Shown: one piece after another, positions 8,906-17,491 of the stretch
Layout of the letters: the number at the start of each line of letters is the position of its first letter
How positions within the stretch are numbered: the first letter of the stretch is position 1
Source: a virus
Taxonomy: Duplodnaviria > Caudoviricetes
IMG/VR virus record: IMGVR_UViG_3300036546_000044
Coordinates: 1 to 28,247 of that record
DNA: 28,247 nt
Reading direction: 5' to 3' (one strand)
Notes under the pieces: generated by a model
What the model was told of the DNA's origin: nothing
The model's database searches: none
The model's input: only the letters and a program-made list of their open reading frames with translations
Program-made: the position numbers and the translations under genes

Positions 8906-10533
8906 CACGATTATTTAAGCGAGAAAAGCAGTTAATCATCGGTGAAAAGATCATGCCAGATCTAGAAATAGATTTCAATGTGACGTTTAACGCTGATGAT
9001 GTAGCCCCAATTAATGATGTAACAGTGTATAATGCAAGCCCATCCACGTTGGGTTATATTCAGAACAACATGGAGATTAAACTAAACGCCGGATATAGTG
9101 GAAATTTAGGTAGTGTAATAGTCGGAACGATTGCAAGTTTTAAAAACAATCAGAATGGCATTGATTCAGAATTAAAGATACTTGTGAATACAGATATAAA
9201 CGCCATATTCAACCGTACAGTGGCGAAAACATACGCCCCTGGCACTAATGCACAACAGATACTTGAAGACCTGTTACGGGCTATAAACGTGGAAACCGGC
9301 ACAGTGTTTGTTAACAATAATATCACGTACGAAAACGGGAAAAGCGTAAACGGAACGTATAAGCAAATAATCAACGAGATTGTAAAAGAAACAGCGTCAT
9401 ACATGTTCGTTCGGAACAACATTTTATATATTGTGGATGGCGTTTACGAACTTGACACGGGTTATTTGTTAAAACCCGAAACAGGAATGATCGGTAGCCC
9501 CGAAGAAATAGAAATAGACGGGGCGAAAGGGTTTAAATTTACAATGTGCCTTAACCCGATGATTACCACGGGTTCTGTTTTCCGGGTAGAATCTAAAAAT
9601 GTTAATGGCTTATGGCGGGTTCAGGACGGAACTCACAGCGGTATTAATTTTGAGACAGTAGTTAATTGCTTGCCAACGGACAAAGTAACCCGATATGTAC
9701 CGCCTGTTAAAAACAAAGCCGTCGCAAGCGGAAACACAAACAAAGATAAGATTTGGAATTTTCTGATTGGCCAAGGGTTCTCAAGAGCCGCCGCCGCTGG
9801 TGTTATGGGAAATTGTGAGCTAGAAAGCGGTTACGACCCCAACGCAGAGAATAGCAGTTCCGGTGCTTACGGTATTTTTCAATGGTTAGGCGGTAGAAAA
9901 GATACGCTATTCGCACAAGCAACAGCATCAGGGCGGGCAGCTAATGACCTTTTATTCCAGTTAGACTATTTTAATTGGGAAATCACAGTCGGACCTGAGA
10001 ATGAATGTTTTGAAATTTACGGCGGTATCACGCTAAACCAATTCAAGCAATACACCGACCCTGAATCGGCGTGTTATATGTTCGAGCAATGCTTCGAGCG
10101 TTCAGGCGGTCAAGGTATGAGCCAACGGTTAGAATATGCACAAGCTGTTTATGATTGGAATGGTCAAACGGCCGGACTTTATGAAGGAACTGGCGGAGAT
10201 GGAAACTTCCCGGTTGGGGCATTCCAATGTGAGTGCGGTTGTGGTCTTGATTGTGTACCGGAATTAAAAGACAAAATGAATCAATTGTGGGACATAGTCG
10301 GCGAAATAATTGTAACGGGTGGCGCAAGGTGTGAATATCAAAACAGCATTACACCGGGTGCCGCTCCTGACAGTTTACACAAAACAGGCGAGGCGGTCGA
10401 TTGTTATTGCCCGGGTGCATCAGTTGATTATTTGGCTGATAATGCTCAAAGCGTTGGATTAGGTACAATCCGTTATTATAGTAGCGGTTTTGTTCATTGC
10501 CAAACATATCCAAGAGACACAACGGGGGATTAA
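8902..10533 (+). CDS. Baseplate hub protein fused to phage tail lysozyme and M15-family peptidase domains
   Basis: Likely ATG 8902 (ATGA overlap). Hub region with TGMIGSP; lysozyme motif AAAGVMGN..LESG...AYGIFQW...FER; peptidase M15 motif FQCECGC...RC...N...SLH..G.AVD...FVH. Confidence 0.82.
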   Translation: MTRLFKREKQLIIGEKIMPDLEIDFNVTFNADDVAPINDVTVYNASPSTLGYIQNNMEIKLNAGYSGNLGSVIVGTIASFKNNQNGIDSELKILVNTDINAIFNRTVAKTYAPGTNAQQILEDLLRAINVETGTVFVNNNITYENGKSVNGTYKQIINEIVKETASYMFVRNNILYIVDGVYELDTGYLLKPETGMIGSPEEIEIDGAKGFKFTMCLNPMITTGSVFRVESKNVNGLWRVQDGTHSGINFETVVNCLPTDKVTRYVPPVKNKAVASGNTNKDKIWNFLIGQGFSRAAAAGVMGNCELESGYDPNAENSSSGAYGIFQWLGGRKDTLFAQATASGRAANDLLFQLDYFNWEITVGPENECFEIYGGITLNQFKQYTDPESACYMFEQCFERSGGQGMSQRLEYAQAVYDWNGQTAGLYEGTGGDGNFPVGAFQCECGCGLDCVPELKDKMNQLWDIVGEIIVTGGARCEYQNSITPGAAPDSLHKTGEAVDCYCPGASVDYLADNAQSVGLGTIRYYSSGFVHCQTYPRDTTGD

Positions 10534-10836
10534 ATGAAATTAGATGAAGTAATTTTAAACATTATTAATAATGAAATAGCGACGATTAACACGACGATGG
10601 AATGCGAGGTCATAACCGTATCGCCGTTGACTATTAAGCCCGTACAAGATAAAATGTATTCAGATAGTGCGGTTGGTTATGATTTGATTGTAACGGCTAG
10701 AAAGATGAAAGAATGGACGTTAGTTGATGGAACACCAACAGCCTTTACTTATCCGCTGACAGTGGGCGACCGGGTCCTGGTAGCGTTTGGCAAAAGTGAC
10801 TTAACCAACGCCGTTATATTGGGGGTGATAGAATGA
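10534..10836 (+). CDS. Baseplate spike-like protein (OB-fold)
   Basis: YPLTVGDRVLVAF motif; follows the hub. Confidence 0.62.
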   Translation: MKLDEVILNIINNEIATINTTMECEVITVSPLTIKPVQDKMYSDSAVGYDLIVTARKMKEWTLVDGTPTAFTYPLTVGDRVLVAFGKSDLTNAVILGVIE

Positions 10837-11186
10837 TATCTTTTTTAATCGAAAATGACGATATTGTTTTTAATGAACAGAATGAGTTAAAAATTATCAG
10901 CGGCAATGAAGAAAAGGCACAGAGTATACAGCGAACCATGACAACGAATTTAAAAGAGTTCTTCCTAAATGAGCGGTTCGGTTTTGATTATCGGCTATTG
11001 CAGCAAAAGACGATTAATAAGAATTATTTGCGAATGGGGATAAATGATGCGGTTACGTTTGACCATGACATCAAAGGAATCGACAGCTTGACAGTATCAG
11101 AACCAACAGCAGACCGACGGGGTGCTATCGGTTTTAAGGTACTGCTAAAAGACGGCACAACAATAGAGAGTGAGGTGGGCGCCTAA
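10833..11186 (+). CDS. Baseplate wedge protein (gpW/gp25/DUF2634-like)
   Basis: L.T...EFFLN..FG.DY motif; precedes baseplate J. Confidence 0.72.
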   Translation: MISFLIENDDIVFNEQNELKIISGNEEKAQSIQRTMTTNLKEFFLNERFGFDYRLLQQKTINKNYLRMGINDAVTFDHDIKGIDSLTVSEPTADRRGAIGFKVLLKDGTTIESEVGA

Positions 11187-12358
11187 TGTTTGGATTAAAC
11201 AAAGATGGATTCAACCGGATGCGGTATGCTGATATCATCGCAGAAATGAACAGCCGGGCAAGGAGTGTATTTGGTGCTGACGTTAATTTAAGCGAACATA
11301 GCCCATTAGGGATGTTTTTTAAGGTAGTAGCGTTTAGCATGGCTGTTATCTGGCAACTAGCTGAATATGTATATTACGGCGCATACAAGGATACAGCAGA
11401 GGGATACCAGCTAGATGGTGTATGCCAATACATTGGAATTACACGAAAACCGGCAAGTTATGCGACCGGGACGGTAACATTTACGGGAACAGTGGGAACT
11501 GTTATCCCGTTACAATTTTTAGTGTCAACCGGGACATATCAGTTTTGGACACAGCAGATTGCAACGATCCAATCCGGCGGAACGGTTGACGTGCCGATTA
11601 GAGCCATCGAGTTAGGAAACACAAGCAATGTATTAGCTAACACAATTACAACGATTGTAAACCCATTGACAGGCATTACAGCGGTAACTAATGCGCTAGG
11701 AACAACAGGAGGTGCTGATGTAGAAACGGATGAATCACTCAGAGCGAGATACGACGAAAGCATATCGCTAGGCGGGGCAAGTACAACGTCGGCAATTGAA
11801 GCGGAACTATTGCAAGTGCAAAACGTAGTAGATGCAAGAGTTATCGAAAACGTGACGATGGCGACGGTAGACGGTGTACCGGCGAAATCATTTGAATCAA
11901 CCGTGTACGGTGGCACTAACGCAGACATAGCGGATGCCATTTATCGAACAAAGGCGGCTGGGATACAGGCATTTGGTGATATTATCGTGCCAATTACAGA
12001 CGATTATGGGCAGGTTCACAATATCGGATTTAGTCGAGTAGCTGAAATAACCGTTTATGTAAATGTTGTATTGACAACAGACACTGAATTATTCCCGGTT
12101 GATGGGATGACGACAATTGAAACGAATATCATTAAATACATTGGTGGCACGGATGCAGATAGCACAAAATATTACGGTTTAGGTTTGGGCGACGATGTGG
12201 TTTATACTAAAATTATCGGAATATGCCATAGTGTAGCCGGGGTAACTGACGTTATCGTCACATTATCAACGGATAATATAACATTTACCGCTGCTAACGT
12301 TGCAATTGCAACGGGTGAGGTAGCCGTAACTGATTATGCAAAAGTGGTGATAACATGA
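11186..12358 (+). CDS. Baseplate J/gp47-family protein
   Basis: TAEG..LD, GITRK.A..ATG.VTFTG and GGADVETDESLRAR motifs. Confidence 0.92.
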   Translation: MFGLNKDGFNRMRYADIIAEMNSRARSVFGADVNLSEHSPLGMFFKVVAFSMAVIWQLAEYVYYGAYKDTAEGYQLDGVCQYIGITRKPASYATGTVTFTGTVGTVIPLQFLVSTGTYQFWTQQIATIQSGGTVDVPIRAIELGNTSNVLANTITTIVNPLTGITAVTNALGTTGGADVETDESLRARYDESISLGGASTTSAIEAELLQVQNVVDARVIENVTMATVDGVPAKSFESTVYGGTNADIADAIYRTKAAGIQAFGDIIVPITDDYGQVHNIGFSRVAEITVYVNVVLTTDTELFPVDGMTTIETNIIKYIGGTDADSTKYYGLGLGDDVVYTKIIGICHSVAGVTDVIVTLSTDNITFTAANVAIATGEVAVTDYAKVVIT

Positions 12359-13194
12359 AGCTAGTAAAAAGGCTTACAGATAATTACAAGAAAAATCCCG
12401 AAAGCAATATAGGCAAGCTATTAAGTATTATTGATTTTGAGTTAGACCGGCTAAAAGATGCCTATAAGACTATTGACAGTTACCGGGCAATTGAAAACGC
12501 AACAGGCATAACGCTTGACAACATCGGCAAAAACGTATTGCAAGACCGGGGAGGAATGGACGATATAACCTATCGTCTTTTCCTTAAAGTAAAGATCCGG
12601 TCGAACTTGTCCGGCGGTCAGATTGAAACCATAAACGATATTATGACTACCGTATTAGGTGATAACTATTTGGGATTGCGTGAGGTTTTTGGTAACAGCA
12701 CCTATAGCAATGAACCAGCGGCCTTTGAAATCCGCTTTGTTAATTTTTTTAGTGACATTGCTGCACTATACGCAGACGCAGAAAATGACCCGTTTTTCTT
12801 TGACGGTGAATACTACTTTGATGGCACACGAAAATTTGATGGCGGCTATACGTTTAGCTATGCAACGTGGGAACCACAAATAATCGCAACGATGGCAAAA
12901 TACATGGAAGTAGTTGAATTTATCAGGGCGGCAGGCGTTAAGGCTTGGTGGAATGAGCCACTAGACATTGAAACGTTGATAAATATAACGAATGATGTTA
13001 CAATTATAGACAAAGAATCAGCTATTACAGATGTTCCTATTGCTAATAATGTGACATTATCCGAACAAATTGAAGTAATAAACGGCGCAACGTCGCTATT
13101 TGATGGAATGTTTTACTTTGATGGCGGGATATCGTTTGATGGAAACAGGGATTTTGTAGTAAATGATGTAATAATAACGGAGGTATCAGCTTGA
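12355..13194 (+). CDS. Baseplate wedge protein (gpI/DUF2612-like) with FDG repeats
   Basis: ATG.TLDNIG...R...DD..YR motif; two FDG.YYFDG...FDG repeat blocks; AAGV motif. Confidence 0.75.
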   Translation: MKLVKRLTDNYKKNPESNIGKLLSIIDFELDRLKDAYKTIDSYRAIENATGITLDNIGKNVLQDRGGMDDITYRLFLKVKIRSNLSGGQIETINDIMTTVLGDNYLGLREVFGNSTYSNEPAAFEIRFVNFFSDIAALYADAENDPFFFDGEYYFDGTRKFDGGYTFSYATWEPQIIATMAKYMEVVEFIRAAGVKAWWNEPLDIETLINITNDVTIIDKESAITDVPIANNVTLSEQIEVINGATSLFDGMFYFDGGISFDGNRDFVVNDVIITEVSA

Positions 13195-13298
13195 TAGATA
13201 TTGACATTGTTCATGACGTAGAAATAAAAATAATTACAAAGGGGGTAGATGATAATGAGTACAGCGAACACGATAACAACAGCGGTAGCAAGGGCTAA
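13191..13298 (+). CDS. Possible 35-aa micro-ORF
   Basis: GGAGGT RBS at 13179-13184 and TTG start overlapping the previous stop; reads MIDIDIVHDVEIKIITKG...; overlaps the next gene. Confidence 0.35.
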   Translation: MIDIDIVHDVEIKIITKGVDDNEYSEHDNNSGSKG

Positions 13299-13644
13299 AT
13301 TCGCAGGCGCACACGCCGGAACTGATACATTCCCAACCATTACACAAATTGGGTTTGGCACAGGTGGGCATGATACCGGTACAGGATTACCAACACAACC
13401 AACAGGGCTAGAAACAGCGGTCGGCGGTGAGGTAGTAAAAAAAGCAATTACAAGCGTAAATACAACAGTTCCAACAACAGCAGAGGTGTTAGGTATTCTT
13501 GATTTTGCAGAGGGAAACGGCGTTTCAATTTCTGCTATTGGACTATATGATTCAGATGGTGATTTAATCTGTTTAAAACATACCGAACCAAGCCCAAAAA
13601 CAGCAGAGAAACGCATGGAAATAATATGGAAGGAGCAGTTCTGA
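13249..13644 (+). CDS. Tail-collar/fibre attachment protein (DUF3751-like)
   Basis: ITQIGFGTGG...P.....L..E and ISAIGLYDSDGDLI motifs. Start could be 13255. Confidence 0.75.
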   Translation: MIMSTANTITTAVARAKFAGAHAGTDTFPTITQIGFGTGGHDTGTGLPTQPTGLETAVGGEVVKKAITSVNTTVPTTAEVLGILDFAEGNGVSISAIGLYDSDGDLICLKHTEPSPKTAEKRMEIIWKEQF

Positions 13645-13645
13645 T

Positions 13646-13906
13646 ATGGCATTAACACAAATAGTAACAACAGACAGTGTATCGGCAAGCGTGGTTAATA
13701 CCAAGATAGTTGACCAGGCTAATGCTGATCTGGATGCGCTAGACACCCGGATAGATACCGCCGAAACAGACATTGATACGCTACAAACTGCAGCCGGAAC
13801 AGCAGCAACCCACATCGGAACAGCAAACATCCATGTAAAAATAACGTCCGGTACCGCTGCGCCAACTGGTGGGGTAGACGGCGACGTTTATTTTCAGTAT
13901 GAGTAG
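13646..13906 (+). CDS. Short tail-fibre shaft protein
   Basis: Coiled-coil segment followed by ITSGTAAPTGGVDGDVYFQY, a common fibre motif. Confidence 0.62.
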   Translation: MALTQIVTTDSVSASVVNTKIVDQANADLDALDTRIDTAETDIDTLQTAAGTAATHIGTANIHVKITSGTAAPTGGVDGDVYFQYE

Positions 13907-13914
13907 GCGTTAAG

Positions 13915-14913
13915 ATGGCAAAAGCGACATGGATTAAAGTAAGCGGAACGTGGAAACAGGTTAAAAACGTTTGGGAAAAAGTAGGCGGTGTGTGGAAGCA
14001 GAAAGTAATTCCGAAAGGTAGTGTTTCGGGGAGTTGGAAGGAATATATTAGCTACTATCTTGAATTTTTCGTACAAGACTATGATAATGTTTATAGAATC
14101 GCGCCGGACACATACGCCAGAGTAAGCGTCAATAGTTTGTCTAACTTAAGCGCTTTTGCAATAAACATAGATGGCGATACATTAATAGCATCAGGAAATA
14201 GTAGCGCCATTGGATTTATAAAAAAAATAAGCCCCAGCGGGGTCGAGTTAATAAGTAAGGTTCCGACAATTGTTGCGTATCGAATGTTCGGATTATTAGA
14301 TGGGTCGGTAATCATACATGGTGAAAGTACTTTTTCTGGCCTAGCTAAATTAACTACAACATTAGATCAGGTATGGAAAATTTCAAACCCGGCAGGGTAT
14401 TTTAATGACATGATTGTTAATATAAATGGTATTTCGTTTTTGGCAGATGATTATGGATTATATCGTGTAACAACTGCTGGTGTGTCGACAAAAATTATAA
14501 ACTCGGTTGACGTGACATCATTGGCTACGGATAAATACGGAAACGTGTATTATATGGTCGCTGATAAATTATATAAAATAACTTCCGATGGAACAGCTGT
14601 CACCAATGTGGATGTTGGAACGGCGGCAAGTTATCCAGTTATTAGATGTTATGGGGAATACATATATTGTTTTAATGGATATGTTTTTACGAAATACAAT
14701 TTGAGTTTGGGTTTAATTTCATCTGTGACAAAAACTTATTTTGTGTCTACAGGTAACGTAGTGATAAATGAAGCTGGTATATTTACATTAAAATCTACAG
14801 GAGAGCTTCACTGCCTAGATTTTAATTTTAATGAAATTTATTCGGCTACCATAGCAAAAACAACTACTCCGTATATCCACCCGGAAAAAGCGTTTTTGCG
14901 AAATTTAGGTTAG
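13915..14913 (+). CDS. Putative receptor-binding protein (beta-propeller-like)
   Basis: N-terminal KVSGTWK/KVGGVWK repeats followed by repeated beta blades (e.g. LATDKYGNVYY...LYKITSDG); visibly more AT-rich than neighbouring genes. Confidence 0.62.
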   Translation: MAKATWIKVSGTWKQVKNVWEKVGGVWKQKVIPKGSVSGSWKEYISYYLEFFVQDYDNVYRIAPDTYARVSVNSLSNLSAFAINIDGDTLIASGNSSAIGFIKKISPSGVELISKVPTIVAYRMFGLLDGSVIIHGESTFSGLAKLTTTLDQVWKISNPAGYFNDMIVNINGISFLADDYGLYRVTTAGVSTKIINSVDVTSLATDKYGNVYYMVADKLYKITSDGTAVTNVDVGTAASYPVIRCYGEYIYCFNGYVFTKYNLSLGLISSVTKTYFVSTGNVVINEAGIFTLKSTGELHCLDFNFNEIYSATIAKTTTPYIHPEKAFLRNLG

Positions 14914-14924
14914 GAGAACATAAA

Positions 14925-15248
14925 ATGAAGTTCATAAAAACAGAAGATACTAAAGTAATATACTGTCATTACATGCCATTTGATGACATAAATGGTTTAG
15001 GGAAAACAGAAGAAGAATTATTGCAGATTGGTTATTTAGTCGATGAGGTACCTGAACCGGAACAAATAGAGGGCAAGTCATCGATGATGTTCTACACCCC
15101 GGAACGGGGTTTCTGGTTTGAATACATAGATATTCCAAAAACACCAGAGCAATTACAGGCCGAAAAAATCGATCAGCTGGAAAATCAAACGGCCGAATAC
15201 ATGGTCGATCTGGATTTTAGACTATCCAATATTGAATTAGGATTATAG
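14925..15248 (+). CDS. Tail fibre assembly chaperone-like protein
   Basis: HYMPFD...GLGKTEEEL...P.PEQIEGK motif and C-terminal coiled coil; follows the fibre gene. Confidence 0.6.
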   Translation: MKFIKTEDTKVIYCHYMPFDDINGLGKTEEELLQIGYLVDEVPEPEQIEGKSSMMFYTPERGFWFEYIDIPKTPEQLQAEKIDQLENQTAEYMVDLDFRLSNIELGL

Positions 15249-15261
15249 AAAGGGGAATAAA

Positions 15262-15417
15262 ATGACTTTTGTATTTTGTGAAAAAGTAATAAATAACGGA
15301 CGATATGGGACAAAAGAAGAAATGATGATAAAGCTCGATGTATTTTTATTAAACAACCGGTTAACGCAAGAACAATATAATGAACTTGTAGTGCTGTTGG
15401 AATCAAAAAAAGTCTAG
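15262..15417 (+). CDS. XkdX-like small protein (51 aa, not in the ORF track)
   Basis: AAGGGG RBS; MTFVFCEKVINNGRYGTKEEMMIKLDVFLLNNRLTQEQYNELVVLLESKKV. Confidence 0.72.
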   Translation: MTFVFCEKVINNGRYGTKEEMMIKLDVFLLNNRLTQEQYNELVVLLESKKV

Positions 15418-15423
15418 ACAACC

Positions 15424-15445
15424 GGGGGAGCAATCCCCCTTTTTT
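15424..15445 (+). terminator. Intrinsic terminator at the end of the tail genes
   Basis: GGGGGA-GCAA-TCCCCC followed by T6. Confidence 0.8.
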
Positions 15446-15464
15446 CACATCTAAGGGGGGAAAC

Positions 15465-15752
15465 ATGGACGATCGCAGAAACGACTGCATTGATTGCGTA
15501 CAAGCTAAGGCATTAAGCGAACGCATGGACAGATTAAGCGAAAAAGTGACAAAGTTCGAGGATGGATTCGATTTCCGGATCCAGACATTAGAAAAGCAAG
15601 TAGCGGTATCTGATGAAAAGTTCAAGCAGATATTTGAGAAACTAGACAAAATTATTCTAATACTAGATAAGCAGGCCGACAGAATCCCAAATTTTGTTTG
15701 GGGCGTGGCTGGCGCTATTGTGTCGGGGGTATTTATGTGGCTAATAAAATAA
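15465..15752 (+). CDS. XhlA-like holin/lysis accessory protein
   Basis: Coiled coil plus a single C-terminal transmembrane segment; first gene of the lysis cassette. Confidence 0.68.
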   Translation: MDDRRNDCIDCVQAKALSERMDRLSEKVTKFEDGFDFRIQTLEKQVAVSDEKFKQIFEKLDKIILILDKQADRIPNFVWGVAGAIVSGVFMWLIK

Positions 15753-16012
15753 AAAAGTACGGTAAATGTATTGTTATTTTCTCGATATCCGCTCTTCTAA
15801 CGGCGATAATTCTTTTCTTGATATTGTACAAGCCACCACTTAAAAACGCTTGTATCGACGATTTGAAAGATATTGACGGTATCGGTGTTTATAAGGCTGG
15901 TGCGATTGTCGAGTATATCACATACAATCAAGACTCAACGCCAGAAGATCTGGATATTATCGACGGTATTGGAGAAAAAACAATAGAAAAAGTAAAGGAG
16001 AAATATAGATAA
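15737..16012 (+). CDS. Membrane-anchored ComEA-like helix-hairpin-helix DNA-binding protein
   Basis: Likely GTG 15737 after GGGGGT; basic N-terminus, one TM helix, two HhH motifs (DLKDIDGIGVYKAGAIVEY and EDLDIIDGIGEKTIEKVK). Confidence 0.78.
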   Translation: MANKIKKYGKCIVIFSISALLTAIILFLILYKPPLKNACIDDLKDIDGIGVYKAGAIVEYITYNQDSTPEDLDIIDGIGEKTIEKVKEKYR

Positions 16013-16212
16013 TGAATGAAAAAACTATTACATGGGGAAAAGCGGCATTGGTGAGAGCCGTTAAAACCGCAGCACAGGCAGCGGTGGCGATTATCGGCAC
16101 AACATTAGTAATTAGCGAAGTTAATTGGGCCCTGGTATTATCGGCAGCCGGTATTTCCGGACTATTATCAATTCTGACCAGTTTGGCGGGATTGCCTGAG
16201 GTTACGCAGTGA
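16012..16212 (+). CDS. Holin (r1t-like)
   Basis: W.KAALVRAVKTAAQ...VNW...SILTSLAGLPEV signature. Confidence 0.88.
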   Translation: MNEKTITWGKAALVRAVKTAAQAAVAIIGTTLVISEVNWALVLSAAGISGLLSILTSLAGLPEVTQ

Positions 16213-17195
16213 TAAAATACAAAGTACACGTTCAAAATAAGGGCTGGTCCGAATGGGTTGAAGAAGGGCGCAGAGCCGGGACATTTGGCGAGGGTTTGCG
16301 CTTAGAAGCAATCATCGTTGAGGGTGTGGATTCTTACCGGGTTCATGTTCAGGATAAAGGTTGGACTGATTGGGTAAAGGCCTGGGAAGTTTCCGGGACT
16401 GTCGGCGAGGGCAAGCGCATCGAAGCAATCGAAATTAAGGGAAAAGATGTTAATTACCGGGTACATGCTGAAAATATCGGCTGGATGGACTGGGCGAAAA
16501 GTGGCGAGATGGCAGGCACCACGGGCGGCGGGTTACGCATTGAAGCGATTCAATTAATCGAATCAGCCGAGCCTTTAGCGGTGGACGATACCAGGGCAGG
16601 CATTAACATCACACCTAAGCCGATACCAGTGCCGCCGATTGATCCACCTAAGCCGGTTCAGAGTTTAGCCGGTAAGGTTATTTGCTTAAACCCCGGTCAC
16701 GGCGGCAGCGACCCCGGAGCGGTTGGGAATATCAGGGAATCAGATGCAAACCTAAAAGTTGTTTTGATATTGGGTAAATTATTAACAGACCGGGGCGCAC
16801 GTGTGGTTTATACTCGTACAAGTGATGCATGGATGGCATTATCAACCCGGGCGGCGATTGCCAACAACGCCAATGCGGATCTGTTTATCAGCGTCCACCA
16901 TAACGGGGCATCTTCACCAACGGCCCACGGCACAGAAACAATTTGTTACCCGGGCAGCACCTTAGGCATAAAATTAGCAACGTTGACCTTAAACGGCATT
17001 TGTAACAGATTAGGCACTTACCGCAGGGGCGTGATTCAACGTGACGATTCAGACGTTACGTTCACGAATATGCCAGCCGTTATAACAGAGGGATTTTTTG
17101 TTACCAATCCAACCGAGGTGGATAAGTTTAACGCCAGTGGCGCAGAACTTGAAGCTCAAGGTATTCTTGACGGGATTCTTGCTTATTTCGGTTAG
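16209..17195 (+). CDS. Endolysin: ChW repeats plus N-acetylmuramoyl-L-alanine amidase (Amidase_3)
   Basis: Three ChW repeats, Pro-rich linker, then LNPGHGGSDPGA, E, SVHHN and PAVITEGFFVTN motifs; follows the holin. Confidence 0.92.
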   Translation: MIKYKVHVQNKGWSEWVEEGRRAGTFGEGLRLEAIIVEGVDSYRVHVQDKGWTDWVKAWEVSGTVGEGKRIEAIEIKGKDVNYRVHAENIGWMDWAKSGEMAGTTGGGLRIEAIQLIESAEPLAVDDTRAGINITPKPIPVPPIDPPKPVQSLAGKVICLNPGHGGSDPGAVGNIRESDANLKVVLILGKLLTDRGARVVYTRTSDAWMALSTRAAIANNANADLFISVHHNGASSPTAHGTETICYPGSTLGIKLATLTLNGICNRLGTYRRGVIQRDDSDVTFTNMPAVITEGFFVTNPTEVDKFNASGAELEAQGILDGILAYFG

Positions 17196-17196
17196 G

Positions 17197-17292
17197 TGCC
17201 GACATTCGTGTCGGTAGCAAATTAATCTATGTTTTGTTGACATTAACAAAACGTTAGATTATTGATCATTTACTTAACGTCACGAAAATGAT
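17197..17292. repeat. Three tandem inverted repeats
   Basis: TGCCGACA-TTCG-TGTCGGTA (17197-17216); AATCTA.GTTTTGTT...AACAAAAC..TAGATT (17224-17260); ATCATTT...AAATGAT (17265-17292). Confidence 0.7.
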
Positions 17293-17301
17293 ATAATGGA
17301 T

Positions 17302-17438
17302 TAAGGCGGAAAGGCTTAGTATCGTAAATCGATAAAGGGCTTAATGTGGGTGACGATCCAGACGCCTTATTTTATGACAAGTTGCCCGACCTTTACGGCT
17401 ATCGGGGACGGAACCATCTTAGTGGGTGGTTCTTTTTT
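17302..17438 (+). ncRNA. Candidate structured small RNA
   Basis: Extended -10 TGATATAAT at 17289-17297; closing stem TAAGGCG/CGCCTTA enclosing two hairpins; a further hairpin; terminator; no ORF of note. Confidence 0.45.
17411..17438 (+). terminator. Intrinsic terminator
   Basis: GAACCATCT-TAGT-GGGTGGTTC followed by T6. Confidence 0.78.
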
Positions 17439-17449
17439 ATTGCAGTTTA

Positions 17450-17458
17450 TGGTATAAT
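17450..17458 (+). promoter_or_regulatory. Extended -10 promoter for the second fibre module
   Basis: TGGTATAAT just after the terminator and about 33 nt before ATG 17492; no clear -35. Confidence 0.5.
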
Positions 17459-17491
17459 TACTAAAACGAACGAATTTACAAAGGGGATAAA

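Noticed and set aside
13646-14913. TAG readthrough or recoding joining the two fibre ORFs
   Set aside because: The downstream ORF is in a different frame, and TAG-ending genes elsewhere are followed by normal starts, so the standard code fits.
15692-15742. Second A-poor tract as another VR
   Set aside because: It is short and explained by Val/Gly/Ala/Trp/Phe codons of a transmembrane helix, with no NNT alternation or lectin context.
17302-17369. Canonical tRNA gene
   Set aside because: It has a 7-bp closing stem but no proper D-arm, 7-nt anticodon loop or GTTCRA T-loop; kept only as a candidate ncRNA.
17300-17410. Self-cleaving ribozyme (pistol/hammerhead-like fragments such as TAAGCCCT on the minus strand)
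   Set aside because: The conserved cores and spacing could not be assembled on either strand.
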